A stretch of DNA of 64,000 bases from contig NC_086108.1 of the NCBI RefSeq assembly GCF_963921235.1, positions 4,216,001 through 4,280,000 on the forward strand. Reading direction: 5' to 3'. The translations under genes and the position numbers were made by a program. This DNA is from Mobula hypostoma (taxonomy: Eukaryota). This document shows positions 37,020 to 50,189 of this stretch, in pieces (positions within the stretch are counted from its first letter, which is position 1; each line of letters opens with the position of its first letter). The notes beneath the pieces are model-generated. The model searched no databases. It worked only from the letters and a program-made list of their open reading frames with translations, and was not told the DNA's origin.

Positions 37020-37745
37020 ACGAAGAGATCTCGGAATCCAAGTTCATAACTCCTTGAAAGTGGTTACACAGGTCGACAAGGTGGTTAAGAAGGCTTCTGG
37101 AATGCTTGCTTTTTATTTGTCGACGCATTGAGTGCAAAGGTCAGGAGGTTATGTTGCAACTTTATAAAACTCTGGTTAGGCCACATCTGAAGTATCCACA
37201 GTTCTGGTCTCTACACTATTGAAGGATGTTGAGGCTTTGGAGAGGGTGCAGGAAAGGTTTACCAGGATGCTGTCTGGTTTAGAGGGCATGTGCTATCACG
37301 AGAGGCTGGATAAACTTGGGTTGTTTTCTCTGGAGCGTCGGAGACTGAGGGGAGATCTGACAGAGGTTTATAAGATTATGAGAGTCAGAGATATAGTTGA
37401 CGGAGAGTAGCTGTTTCCCAGGGTAGAAATGTCTAATACCAGAGGGCATGCATTGAGGGTGAGAGGGGGTAGGATCAAGGGGGATGTGAGGGGTAAGTTT
37501 TTTACTCAGAGAGTGGTGGATGTCTGGAATGTGCTGCCTGGTCTGGTGGTAGAGGCAAATACATTAGAGGTTTTTAAGAGACATTTGGATAGGCACATGG
37601 ATGTGAGGAAGATGGAGGGATATGGACACAGTGTAGGTAGGAGGGATTAGTGTTTGGGTGTTTTTGCTTTGCTCTTTCGCTGGCTTGACGCAACATTGTG
37701 GGCCGAATGGCCTGTTTCTGTGCTGTACTCTTCCATGTTCTATGT
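37020..37745 (+). mobile_element. CR1 LINE 3' end (closely similar copies at about 51850-52050 and 63465-64000)
   Basis: KDVEALERVQERFTRML...RRLRGDL, FFTQRVV..WN.LP (ORFs 37219, 37429); tail ttccatgttctatg. Confidence 0.9.
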
Positions 37746-38559
37746 TATATGGATAAAACAGGAAATGAATACACATCGGTCTTTGCTAATGAGCAAATCT
37801 GCTTCATTGCAAACTTTTTTCAGACTGCAGCCTGTCTCACACAGTGCCCTGTCTGATCCCTTTGCATGGGAGGGAAGGGAGAATTAAATTGGGAAAGAGC
37901 TAAACGTGACTCCAAAAAAAAAGAATATCGATGTGGACGTTTTGCCAAGTCATTGTGGATTTGTGTGAGGTAGAGAACGAAGCCTTCACAAGGCCCTTTG
38001 AGACCTTGTGCACAGAGGACCTTCAGTAATGAGCCAGTTACCAAGGACCCTGTGCAGAATGTCAGCTGAAGGACGGTTCCTTGGGTATTTCAGAAAAACG
38101 AGCTTCAAACTCAAACCAGCTTCCTTGTTACTATTCACAGTAAGAACGTTCAGCGTTGAAGGGAGTCAGGAGAGTGTGGTACTGTGCCAAAGTCTTCAGC
38201 ACCCTAGACTTTTTATATAAATGTTGTTTTTGATGTTTATCTTTTGTCTTCTGCATTAGTGTGTATCCGTAGAAAAGAGCAGGCCAAACATTTTCTTTTC
38301 CAGAATATTAAATGTTAGAGAATTTTTTGCGCTTCGTTAAAGGAAGTAACATATTAAATACCAGACCACATTTCAACTAAAAACTTGATTACTTTGTAGG
38401 TAGACAGTCAGAGTCTGCAGAAGAATTGTGGCAAGTTCTCCAAGATGCTTGGAACAGCCTACCAGCCAAATTTCGTATAAAACTGCACGGCAGTTTCACT
38501 AAGGGGAAAGGTGTGCGCCATGCGAGGTGGCAGCATGTCACAGTAGCTCTGTCCGTTTC

Positions 38560-41500
38560 TTTTAACGTTACTTAGCATGTTTCTTTCATTTCTGTACTGG
38601 CTGGCAATACTGTGAGATAACAATGGGCAGTCATCTCTTTAAGAACATTTTCACCATCTTTCTGGCTCTCAGGGTTTCTTTATTCCATTGAGTGCTTTGA
38701 CTGCAGTAGTGGAGGCAATATTGTATAGACAAGGGAGCAGCTACTAGCAGCTGGAGAGCAACCTTTGTTTGCCCAGCAGAAGCTCGATATCTGGGCGAGC
38801 AGAGACGGAGATACCGAGGCTGCAGATTGGGTAAAAAGTGGGCAACAAGAGACGGGGATATAAACCATATCTCCCGTCTATCATTATGGGGAACGTAAGA
38901 TCGCTGGCAAATAAAATGGGGGAACTAGCCGTACTCACGAGAACACAGAATGAATATTAGGAATGCAGCGTTATGTGTTTCACCGAGACGTGGTTACACG
39001 AACAAATCCCGGATTTCATTGCTGGTGTGAATAGGTTTTCAATGATATGAGCAGACAGTTAATCTACGGTGTGATAAGAGGAAGGGAGGTGGGCTTGCTG
39101 TGCTTGTGAACAGCAGATAGTGTAATCCCAGTCACATTTCCGTGAGAGCGAATCTGCAGTATGCTTGCTGTGAGTTGCGTCTGTGTTATCTACCGCGTGA
39201 GTTCAGCCACGCTGCATTGCCCGTTGTCTATATTCCACCTTCCCAATGCTGCGTGTTAGGTCATACACGTACCATCGTGAGACTCCAGGCTCAACATCCC
39301 AATGCCTTCAGTGCAGTATGGGGAGACTTCAACCATGTTTCTCACTCGACAACCCCTCCCACCTTCGATCAGTTTGTCAAGTGTCATACAAGAGAAAATA
39401 AAACGCTGGATCTCTCCTATGCAAATATTAAAGATGCATACAGCTCCACAGCTCTCCCCCACTTGGAAGATCAGATCACAACCTAGTTCACCTCACGCCC
39501 TTGTATCAGCCCAAAGTACAACGGCTATTTATCACCAAGACAGTAAACAAATGGTCTCCAGAGGCCATCGAGGCCTTGAAAGGCTGCTTTGAGGTTACTG
39601 ACTGGAATGTGCTTTGTGAACCATATGGGAGGACATTAACGGACTTACTGATTCCATCATTGGCTACGTCTACTTCTGTGTGGACACTGTAATATCATCA
39701 AGGACTGTTCACTGCTTCCCTAACAACAAACCATGGGTCACCAGTGACCTAAAGGCTCTTCTCAACCACAAAGAGAGCCTTTAGTGCAGGAGACAGGGAG
39801 GAACTGAAACGTGTGCAGAGGGAGCTGAAGGTGAAGATCAAGGTGGCTGAAGAGGAATACAGGAGAGAGCTGGAGGACAAGCCTGGGCAGAGTAGCCCAC
39901 GGGAGGAGTGGAGAGGCACAAAGAACATCCCTGGCTTCAATCAGCCTCGCTGTAGAACCTCGAAAGCAGCCGTGAGTGGGCTAATGAGTTAAACCAATTC
40001 TTCAATAGGTTTGATAATTGCTCTCCTGGTCACACCCCCTTCAGCACACCAGCTTAGGTGCCAAGGCACCCAATGATCCCTCAGCACCAACGCCTCCATT
40101 CCTCCCTCCTCCCCCTCCAGTTCAACACGTGGGTGAAGAACACAGGCTACCACTGTCTACACCCCCTCCTTGCCCTGCACCTACTATCTACACCTCCACA
40201 TACCAACTGCTCTCGTCCCAATCTTTACCTCCCTCAGCCCCACCTTCTACCAAACGCCCAGTCAACCTTCACTGCTGAGCAGGTGAGAAGGGCTGTGGGG
40301 AAACTCAGACACAGCAACGCATTGAGACCACATGGTGTGAAGCCCAGAGTGCTGGAGGAGTGTGCTGAGCAGCTGTGTGGAGTTCTCCAGTACATTATCA
40401 ATCTAAGTCCAATAAGGGTCAACAGAAAGTCTTGAATGACTACCGTCCAGTGGCCTTGACCTTACACATCATGAAGACCCTAGAGAGGCTGGTCCTGGGT
40501 CACCTCTGATCAGCCTTCAATCCCTGGCCGTTTGCCCACCATGAGCACATTGGAGTCAACGATGCTGCCATCTACCTGCTGAACAGAGCCTACTTCCATT
40601 TGGATAAGCAGGGCAGCACTGTGAGGGTCATGGTTTTTGATTTCTCAAGTGTCTTTATTACCTTACAGCCCTCATTGCTGGGAGAAACGCTCTGTTCAAT
40701 GCAGATTGACATTTCTATTGTATTCTGGATAACAGACTTCCTGACTGGCAGACCATAGTTTGTGCGGCTTCAGAGCTATGTGCCAGACATAGCTCTAAGC
40801 AGCACTGGGACCCCACAGGGGACTGTACTGGCTCCCTTCCTGTTTACCCTGTATACCTCAGACTTTAGATACAGCACTGAGTCATGTCAATGGCAGAAAT
40901 TCTCTGATGACTCAGCAATAGTTGGATGTACAAAGGGAGGACAGGCGGATGAATACAGGGCCCTGGTGGAGGACTTTGTCAAATGGTGCACTCTGAATCA
41001 TCTGCAGCGCACCATCAGTAAGACAAAGGCGATGGTGATGGCCTTTAAGAAGGGGAAGCCTCTGTTGCTCCCTGTTACTACCGATGGTGAGGATGTGGAT
41101 GTGTGAGGACCTACAGGTACCTGGGGGTGCACCTGGATGACAGACTTTGATTGGAGCACCAACACAGAGTCTGTGTACAAGAAGGGCCAGAGTCATCTCT
41201 ACTTCCTGAGGAGACTGAGATCCTTTGGAATATGCAGGCCCCTCCTTCACATGTTCTACCAGTCTGTTGTCACCACTACAATCTTCTATGATGTGGTGTG
41301 CTGGGGCAATGGCATCAACACGGGGTGATGCCAGCAGGCTCAGTAAACTGATTAGGAAGGCTGGACACACTGGAGGCTGTGGTAGAACAAAGGACCCTAC
41401 GGAAAATCCTGGCAATTCTGGACGGTGTCTCTCACCCTCCGCAGGCCACCTTGGCTGAACAGAGGAGCATTTTCCGTAATAGACTACGGCAACTGTGCTG

Positions 41501-41705
41501 CTCCAAAGAGCACTAAACGAGATCATTCTTACCCTCAACCACTAGGCTCTATAATGAGTCAACCTACAGCGGGGAGGAGGTGACCCCTCCTGTTACACTG
41601 TTTGTGGTAACTTATTTTTTATTCTTCCTTACTTCTATTATAATAATTGTATCTCTGTGCACTTGTAATGCTGCTGTGGTACTGTAATTTCCTGTGGGAT
41701 CAATC
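38560..41705 (+). mobile_element. Near full-length decayed Rex1/Babar LINE (APE endonuclease + RT)
   Basis: IIMGNVRSLANK, CFTETWL, GDFNH, NKTLD; RT STGTPQGTVLAPFLFTLYTSDF...QKFSDDSAIVG; many stops and frameshifts. Confidence 0.88.
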
Positions 41706-42039
41706 TAAGAAAACTGTTGAAGTTTTAAAGGCAAAAGGTGGTCACGCCAAACATTGATTTGATTATTTGATTTGCTTTTTTTACTGTTTGCTGCTCTTTA
41801 TAGTATTTTTTATATTTATTTAGATATTTTATATTTTAAAAGCATATTTGCTTTACAGAATTTTTTTACTGTATATAAAGTTGGTGAGGGGAAGGGTGGA
41901 GAAAGAATTAGCCGAGGATGGGTGGATCATCAGGTGAGGAGGAACAGTAGGTAGGTAAGAGAGGGAGGAGGTACAGGAGCCTGAAGATACACACTCAATA
42001 ATTCAGGAACAACTTCTTACATACGGACATACGATATTG

Positions 42040-42810
42040 AATTAAATTAAATTGACTTGTTTCGTACATCCTTCATATACATGAGTGAAAATCTTTACGT
42101 TACATCTCTGTCTAAATGTGAAATTTAAAGTAATTTATAATAAATAGTATGTACAACAGGATAGTCAATATAACATAGAAATACAATTGTATCTGCATGA
42201 ATTAATCAGTCTGATGGCCCGGTGGAAGAAGCTGTCCCGGAGCCTGTTGGTCCTGGTGCTGCGGTGCCATTTCCTGGATGGTAGCAGCTGGTTGGGGTGA
42301 TTTGGGTCCCCAATGATCCTTCGGGCCCTTTTTACACACCTGTCTCTGTAAATATCCTGAATCACGGGAAGTACACGTCTACAGATGCGCTGGGCTGTCT
42401 GCACCACTCTCTGCAGAGTCCTGTGATTGAGGGAAGTACAGTTCCCACACCAGGCAGTGATGCAGCCAGTCAGGATGCTCTCGATTGTGTCCCTGTAGAA
42501 AGTTCTCTGCATATGGGGGCACATTCCAAACTTCTTCAACCGTCTGAAGTTAAAGTGACACTGTTGTGCCTTTTTCACCACACAGCTGGTATGTACAGAC
42601 CACGTGAGGTCCTCAGTGATGTGTATGCCGAGGAACTTAAAGCTGTTCACCCTCTCAGCCCTAGATCCATTGATGTCTATAGGGGTTAGCCTGTCTCCAT
42701 TCCTCCTGTAGTCCACAACCAGCTCCTTTGTTTTTGCGACATTGAGGGAAAGGTTGTTTTCTTGACACCACTGTGTCAGGGTGATGACTTCTTCCCTGTA
42801 GGCTGCCTCA
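42040..42810 (-). mobile_element. Rex1/Babar-type LINE 3' portion
   Basis: ORF 42165..42716: VNSFKFLGIHITEDLTWS...ESILTGCITAW...RTNRLRDSFF. Confidence 0.85.
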
Positions 42811-43021
42811 TTATTAATAGGAGCAGGAGCAGACCATCTGGCCCATCAAGCCTGCTCTGCCTTTCAGTAAGATCATGGCTGATCTGGCCATGGACTCATC
42901 TCCACCTACCTGCCTTTTCCCATAACCCTTAATTCCCTTACTATGCAAAAATCTATCTTAATAGATCTATCTATTTTCAAAATCTACCTTAAATATATTT
43001 ACTGAAGTAGCCTCCACTGCG

Positions 43022-44493
43022 TCATACACAAAATGCTGGGGGAGCTCAGCAGGTCAGGCAGCATCTATGGAGAAAGGCACAGTCAATGTTTTGGGCCGAA
43101 ACCCTTCAGCAAGACTGGAGAGAAAAAAGCTGAGGAGTAGATTTGAAAGGTGGGGATGGGAAGAGAGAAATGCCAGGCGAAGGGTGAACCTTGGAGGGGG
43201 GGAGAGATGAAGCAAAGAGCTAGGAAGTTGATTGGTGAAAGAGACAGAAGGCCATGGAGGAAAGAAAAAAGAGGGGAGGGGGAGAGGAGCACCAGAGGGA
43301 GGCGATGAGCGGGCAAAGAGATAGCATGAGATGGGTCAAGGGGATGGGAAATGGTGAAGGAGGTGTGGAGGTATTACCGGAAGTTTGAGAAATCGATGTT
43401 CATGCCATCAGGTTGGAGGCTACCCAAACAGAATATAAGGTGTTGTTCCTCCAACCTAAATATGGCCTCATCGCAACAGCGGAGGAGGCCATGGATGGAC
43501 ATATTGGAATGGGAATGGGAAGTGGAATTAAAATGGGTGGCCACTGGGAGATCCCACTTGTTCTGGCAGACAGAGCGTAGATGCTCGGTGATGTGATCTC
43601 CCAATCTATGTCGGGTCTCACCGATATACTGGAGGCCACACTGGGAGCACTGGACACAGTATATGACCCCAGCAGACTCACAGGTGAAGTGTCGCCTCAC
43701 CTGGAAGGACTGTTTGTGGCCCTGAATGGTAGTGAGGGAGGAGGTGTAGGGACAGGTGTAGCACTTGTTCCGCCTGCAAGAATAAGTGCCAGGAGGGGGA
43801 TTAGTGGGGAGGGACAAATGGACAAGGGAGTCACGTTGGGAGTGATCCCTCCAGAAAGCAGAAAGTGAGGTGGGGGGGAGGGAAAGATGTGTTTGGTGGT
43901 GGGATCCCATTGGAGATGGCGGAAGTTTTGGAGAATTTTGTGCTGGACAAGGAGGCTGGTAGGGTGATAGGTGAGGACAAGAGGAACCCTATCCCTGGTA
44001 GGGTGGTGGGAGGATGGGGTGAAGGCAGCCTTGCGTGAAATGGAAGAGGTGTGGTTGAGGGCAGAATTGATGGTGGGAGAAGGGAAGCTCCTTTCTTTGA
44101 AAAAGGAGGACATCTCCTTCGTTCTAAAATGAAGAGCCTCATCCTGAGAGCAGATGTGGTAGAGATGGAGGAATTGAGAGAAGGGGATGGCGTTTTTACA
44201 AATAGCATGGTGGGTCGAGGTTATAGTCCTGGTAGCTGTGAGAGTCCGTTGGTTTATAATAGCTATCAGTGGATAAGCTATCTCCGGAGACCCTGGTACT
44301 TGTAAAAACACCATCCCCTTCTTTCACTTCACCTGTGAGTCTGTTGGGGTCATATATCGTGTTCAGTGCTGGTGCTCCCAGTGTGGCCTCTTTCATATCG
44401 GTGAGACCCGACATAAATTGGGAGACCCCTTTGCCAAGCACCTACAATCTGTCTGCCAGAACAAGTGGGATCTCCCAGTGGCCACCCGTTTTA
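43022..44493 (-). mobile_element. Penelope-like element: RT C-terminal region, Cys-rich linker, GIY-YIG endonuclease, pseudo-LTR; inverted (+) segment from about 44300
   Basis: ORF 43374..43910: C..NKCYTCP...FTCESAGVIYCVQCSQCGLQYIGETRHRLGDHITEH; ORF 43697: IPFSQFL, RVPLVLTYHP. Confidence 0.9.
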
Positions 44494-47400
44494 ACATAGT
44501 AACATAAAAAACCTACAGCACAATACTGGCCCATTGGCCCACAATGCTGTGCTGAACATGTCCTTATTTTAGAAATTACCTAGGATTACCCATAGCCCTC
44601 TATTTTTCTAAGCTCCATGTACCCATCCAGGAGTCTCTTAAAAGACCCTATTGTATCCGCCTCCACCACCATCACCAGCAGCCCATTCCACACACTCACC
44701 ACTCTCTGCATAAAAAACTTACCCCTGACATCTCCTCTGTACCTACTTCCAAGCACCTTAAAACTGTGCCCTCTCGTGTTAGCCATTTCAGCCCCGGGAA
44801 AAAACCTCTGACTATCCACACGATCAATGCCTCTCATCATCTTATACGCCTCTATCAGGTCACCTCTCATCCTCCGTCACTCCAAGGAGAAAAGGCCGAG
44901 TTCGCTCAACCTATTCTCATAAGGCATGCTCCCCAATCCAGGAAAAATTTTTGTAAATCTCTGCACCCTTTCTATGGTTTCCACATCCTTCCTATAGTGA
45001 GGTGACCAGAACTGAGCACAGTACTCCAAGGGGTCTGACCAGGGTCCTATGTAGCTGCAACATTACATCTCGGCTCCCAAACTCAATCCCATGGTTGATG
45101 AAGTCCAATGCGCCATATGCCTTATTAACCACAGGTCAACCTGCGTAGCAGTTTTGAGTGTCCTATGGACTTGGACCCCAAGATCCCTCTGATCCTTCAC
45201 ACTGCCAAGAGTTTTACCATTAATGCTATATTCTGCCATTATATTTGATCTACCAAACTGAACCACCTCATACTTATCTGAGTTGAACTCCATCTGCCAC
45301 TTCTCAGCCCAGTTTTGTATCCAATCGATGTCCCGCTGTAACCTCTGACAGCCCTCCATACTATCCACAACACCCCCAACCTTTGTTTCATCAGCAGATT
45401 TACTAACCCATCCCTCCACTTCCTCATCCAAGTCATTTATAAAAATCACAAAGAGAAGGGGTCTCAGAACAAATCCCTGAGGCACACCACTGGTCACCGG
45501 CCTGCACACAGAATTATGACCTGTCTACAACCACTCTTTTCCTAGTCTGGGCAAGCTAGTTCTGGATCCACAAAGCAATGTCCCCTTGGATCCCATGCCT
45601 CCTTACTTTCTCAATAAGCCTTGCATGAGGTACCTTATCAAATGCCTTGCTGGAATCCATATACACTACATCTACTGCTCTACCTTCATCAATGTGTTTA
45701 GTCACATCCTCAAAAAATTCAATCAGGCTCGTAAGGCACGACCTGCCATTCACAAAGCTATGCTGACTATTCTTAATCATATTATGCCTCTCCAAATGTT
45801 CATAAATCCTGCCTCTCAGGATCTTTTCCATCAACTTACCAGCCTCTGAAGTAAGACTCACTGGTCTATAATTTCCTGGGCTATCCCTACTCCCTTTCTT
45901 GAATAAGGAAACAACATCTGCAACCCTCCAATCCTCCAGAACCTCTCCCGTCCTCATTGATGATGCAAATATCATCGCCAGAGGCTCAGCAATCTCTTCC
46001 CTCGCCTTCACATACTTAGAGAATGCCTTGGAGTTTTCTTTAATCCTGCTTGCCAAGGCCTTCTCATGGCCCCTTCTGGCTCTCCTAATTTCATTCTTAA
46101 GCTGCTTCCTGCTAACTTTATAATCTTTTAGATCTCTCTCATTATCTAGTTTTTTGAACCTTTCGTAAGCTGTTCTTCTTGACTAGATTTTCAACAGCCT
46201 TTGTACACCATGGTTCCTGTACCCCACCATCCTTTCCCTGTCTCATTGGAACGTACCTATGCAGAACGCCACGCAAATAACCCCTGAACATTTGCCACAT
46301 TTGCCACATTTCTGAGAGGGAAGATAGGCATTAAAATAGACACATCTCAAACCACCATGGGTCTGAGCGCATCCCTTCTCTATCACCTGCCTATCCTCCC
46401 TCTCGCACTGTCTGTAAGCTTTCTCGATTTGTGAGCCAACCACCCCTTCCTCCGACTCTTCAGTTCGGTTCCCACCCCCCACCAATTCTAGTTTAAACTC
46501 TCCCCAATAGCCTTAGCAAACCTCCCAGCCATGATATTGGTCCCCCTCAGATTCAAGTGCAACCCATCCCTTTTGTACATGTAGCCCCCTGGTAAGCCTC
46601 AGACTCGCTCAGCTCGCCTTCGTCTAAGGGGAGCAGCCTTTGGCCCCGCCAAACTGGGTAATCAAGTTTGTGTGGATGCTGTGTGATGTACCCCACCCCG
46701 CCAAATAATAGACAGTTCACCATATGCGATTTACAGAATACCATTTATGGATCTTACTGGAACTATGTAATTAATAGAGATACAATACAAAAGGAGAAGT
46801 AAAAGGCACCAAACTTATCAGAGTTCAACCACTTCATGCACAACCATTGGAGCTCAATTAACGGGGTCCTGTTTCCACCATTCGATCCCCTCCGACCCCC
46901 TCGACCCGCCGCCTGGGACCAACCACGGTGGTCGACCAGAGCGCGTCCAGCACGTCCTTCCTCTTCGGTTCTCCTCCCAAAACCCTGGGCCTCGGACTCC
47001 CGCTCGGGGTCCGTCCCGTCGCCCAGTTTACAGCATCGCGTCTCCTCCCTCTGTCCCCATCGTGCCTTCTGCCCCAAAGCCCACGAAAACAATAGCTTAC
47101 AGACACACAAGAAAGAATAACATCTATCCCAATTGGTTAGCAAATGAATACTCGATCAGTAATTATAACCCAAACAAGCCGCTATAGAGAAGCACTTTCT
47201 CAGCAGTTAACGTAACAAAGAAGCCAATTTTATTAGCCTTAGCAGTAACATAAAAGAAGAAACCCCTTACATACAGGACACTCCTGCCCCAAAAGAGGTC
47301 CCAATGATCCAGAAATCTGAATCCCTGCCCCCTGCTCCAATCCCTCAGCCACCCATTTATCCTCCACCTCATTCTATTCCTATTCTCACTTTCGCATGGC

Positions 47401-48315
47401 ACAGGCAGTAATCCGGAGATGACTACCTTTGGAGGTCCTGCTTCTCAACTTCCTCCTTCCTAACTCCCTGTAGTCTGCTTTCAGGACCTCCTCCCTTTTC
47501 CTCCCTATGTCGTTGGTACCAATATGTACCACGACCTCTGGCTGTTCTCCTTCCCACTCCAGGCGCGATCAGAAACATCCCGGACCCTGGCACCTACATT
47601 CCATTCATTCCGTTCCGTACATTCATGCAAGCTACGTTCCGTGTTTCTTTCCGGCATCCAAAAAATCGCCTGTCTACACCCCCCATCCCACAACTATAGA
47701 GTCCCCTATCACTGCTGCCATTCTCTTCCTTTCCCTACCCTTCTGAGCCACAGGCCCAGACTCTGTGCCAGAGGCGTGACCACTGTTGCTTCCCCCAGCT
47801 AGGCCAGCTCCCCCAACAGTACTCAAACAGGAGTACTTATTGTTAAGGGGACAGCACAGGGGTACTCTCTAGTGTCTGACTCTTGCCCTTCCCTCTCCTG
47901 ACTGTTACCCAGTTATCTTGTCTCCTCAGGCCCCGGAGTCACTACTTGCCTATAGCTCCTCTCTATCACCTCCTCACTCTCCCTGACCAGACGAAGGTCA
48001 TCGAGCTGCATCTCTAGTTCCCTAACCCGGTCCCTAAGGAGCTGCAACTCGATGTACCTGGTGCAGATGTGGCCTTCCGGGAGGCTGGGAGTCTGCGGGA
48101 CGTTCCACATCTGACACCCAGTACAGGACGCCGGCCTCACACACATTCTTCCTGTTTCTATTCTACACAAGTAAACTACCTTGCCTTGACCCGTTATCGC
48201 TGGGTCCCCGTTGAACCAAAGCCCTCCTACTCTGTCTCCCTCTACTCTGAGCCCGATCTCCTTTTAAACACTTCTCACTGTTCTAACTGGCTGACGTCCA
48301 TGCACTTGCGCAGTC
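44494..48315 (-). mobile_element. CR1 LINE retaining 5' end and ORF1 (zinc finger/coiled coil + esterase) and an internally deleted ORF2
   Basis: CTGCQMW...HICTR.IELQLLRDRVRELEMQLDDL; GFRFLDHWDLFWGR; NYRPVSLTS, KAFDKVPH, VTSGVPQG, RGDLIEAYK. Confidence 0.9.
46580..47271. mobile_element. Solo LTR (692 bp) inserted in CR1 ORF1
   Basis: Starts TGTAG, ends TTACA; 4-bp TSD TACA at 46576-79 and 47272-75; interrupts the CR1 esterase motif LY|KRDGLHLN. Confidence 0.8.
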
Positions 48316-48812
48316 GTGCTTCCCATTCCCATTCCAGTATGTCCATCCATGGCCTCCTCCACGGCCAGGATAAGGTCACTCCTAGGTTGGAGGAACAACA
48401 CCTTATATTTTGTTTGGGTAGCCTCCAACCTGATGGCGTGAACATCGATTTCTCAAACTTCCAGTGATGCCTCCCCCGCCCCCCCACCTTCACCATTTCC
48501 CATCTCCTTGTCCCTCTCTCCTTACCTGCCCATCGCCTCCCTCTGGTGCTCCCCTCTCCCTTTCATCTTTCTTCCATGGCCTTCTGTCTCTTTCACTAAT
48601 CAACTTTCTAGCTCTTTGCTTCATCCCTCCAGCTCCAAGTTTCACCTATCGCCTGGTGTTTTTCTCTCCCCTCCCCCCGACCTTTCAAATCTACTCCTCA
48701 GCTTTTTCCCCCCAGTCCTGCCAAAGGGTTTCGGCTTGAAATTTCTACTGTAGTCTTTTCCATAGATGCTACCTGGCCTGCTGAGTTCCTCCAGCATTTT
48801 GTGTGTGTTGCC
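48316..48812 (+). mobile_element. Continuation of the + strand Penelope arm split by the CR1 insertion
   Basis: Sequence ...CCACCCGTTTTAA at 44493 resumes as ...CTTCCCATTCCCATTCC at about 48318; RLEEQHLIFCLGSLQPDGVNIDFSNF, then pseudo-LTR. Confidence 0.82.
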
Positions 48813-49460
48813 CGAGTTATGCGATTCGCCAGGATTCAGGTCGCCTCACGGTTCAGGTGGAGCTTGTCCCATTGGTACAGCTCCCTCCTTCCTCAATACT
48901 GGTGCGAGTTTGCCATGAATTTAAACCCACTTCTCCCACGTCAATCCTTGAGCCACACATTTAAATCTCTAATCTCCTTAACCCTGTGACAATTTGAATA
49001 TTGCTCAGGTAGTAATCTAGAGATTACCACCTTGTTGGTGCCCCTCCACCATCCGATTTCTGAATGAACATTGAACCCATGAACAGACCTCACTTTTTTA
49101 TTTCTATTTTTGCACTACTTATTTAATTTAACTATTTATGTAGTTACTGTAATTCAGTTTTTAATATGTATTCCATTGTACTGCTGCTGCAAAATATCAA
49201 ATTGCATGACATACAGTATTCCGGTGATACTAAACCAGATTCTGACTGAAAAGTCCACAATCCCCTTCATATTATCTCACTAACCCTCTTTTGCACAATT
49301 TACTTATTTTTGCAACTTTAATTATTACTTTTATATATAGGTCTTGTACTCTACACTTGGTACAATACAACTTTCATGGCCTTACTCTGCTCCCATATCT
49401 TATGGTCTTTTATCTGACAAGTCAGTGGTAATAAACCTTGATTTAGTTTCAGAGGGAATC

Positions 49461-49820
49461 ATTCCCACCCCACCTCCCTCACTGCCAGTTACCTGGATCC
49501 ATCTATCAACTGCCAGCTCCATTCCCATCCCACCTCCCTCGCTGCCAATCAGATGGATCCACCTATCAGCTGTATTCCCACCCCACCTCCCTCACTGCCA
49601 ATCACCTGGATCCACCTATCAACTGCCAGCTCCATTCCCATCCCACCTCCCTCACTGCCAATCACCTGGATCCACCTATCAGCTGTATTCCCACCCCACC
49701 TCCCTCATTGCCAATCACCTGGATCTACCTATCAACTGCCAGCTCCGTTCCCATCCCACCTCCCTCGCTGCCAATCACCTGGATCCACCTATCAGCTGCC
49801 AGCTCCATTCCCACCCCTTC
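49461..49820 (+). repeat. Alternating 60/53-bp tandem array (113-bp higher-order unit) derived from a Penelope 3' region
   Basis: Unit starts 49461, 49521, 49574, 49634, 49687, 49747, 49807; followed by a degenerate pseudo-LTR (CAGTCCTGTTGAAGGGTCT). Confidence 0.85.
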
Positions 49821-50189
49821 CCCTCACCTCTTTTTACAGGCCATCTCCTCCTTTTCTTTCCAGTCCTGTTGAAGGGTCTGGACTCAAATGCCCCTCCACA
49901 GCCTGCCCGGGTTCCTCTGGCTGCTTTCTGTGTTCCTCCAGGTTTGCAGAGTCTGCTGTGGTTCACTTATTGAGAGATGTAGCACTGTCATTCCAACCCA
50001 ATGGGCCCCAGCACCCACGTGGCCAATTCCTGGTACGTCCCTTGGGTGGGCAGGAGGAACTGGAGCACCCAGAGGAAAGCCTCACGGTCACGGGGGAACG
50101 TACACACTCTTTACAATCAGCGGTGGGAATTGAACCGGGGTCGCTGGACATAATGCTAACTGCTGTGCCATCGTGTTCCGTCAGACCTT

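Noticed and set aside
37750..38460. Unique intronic sequence with ttttttcag acceptor and a TGCATG motif
   Set aside because: No recognisable coding similarity or convincing donor; insufficient evidence for an exon.
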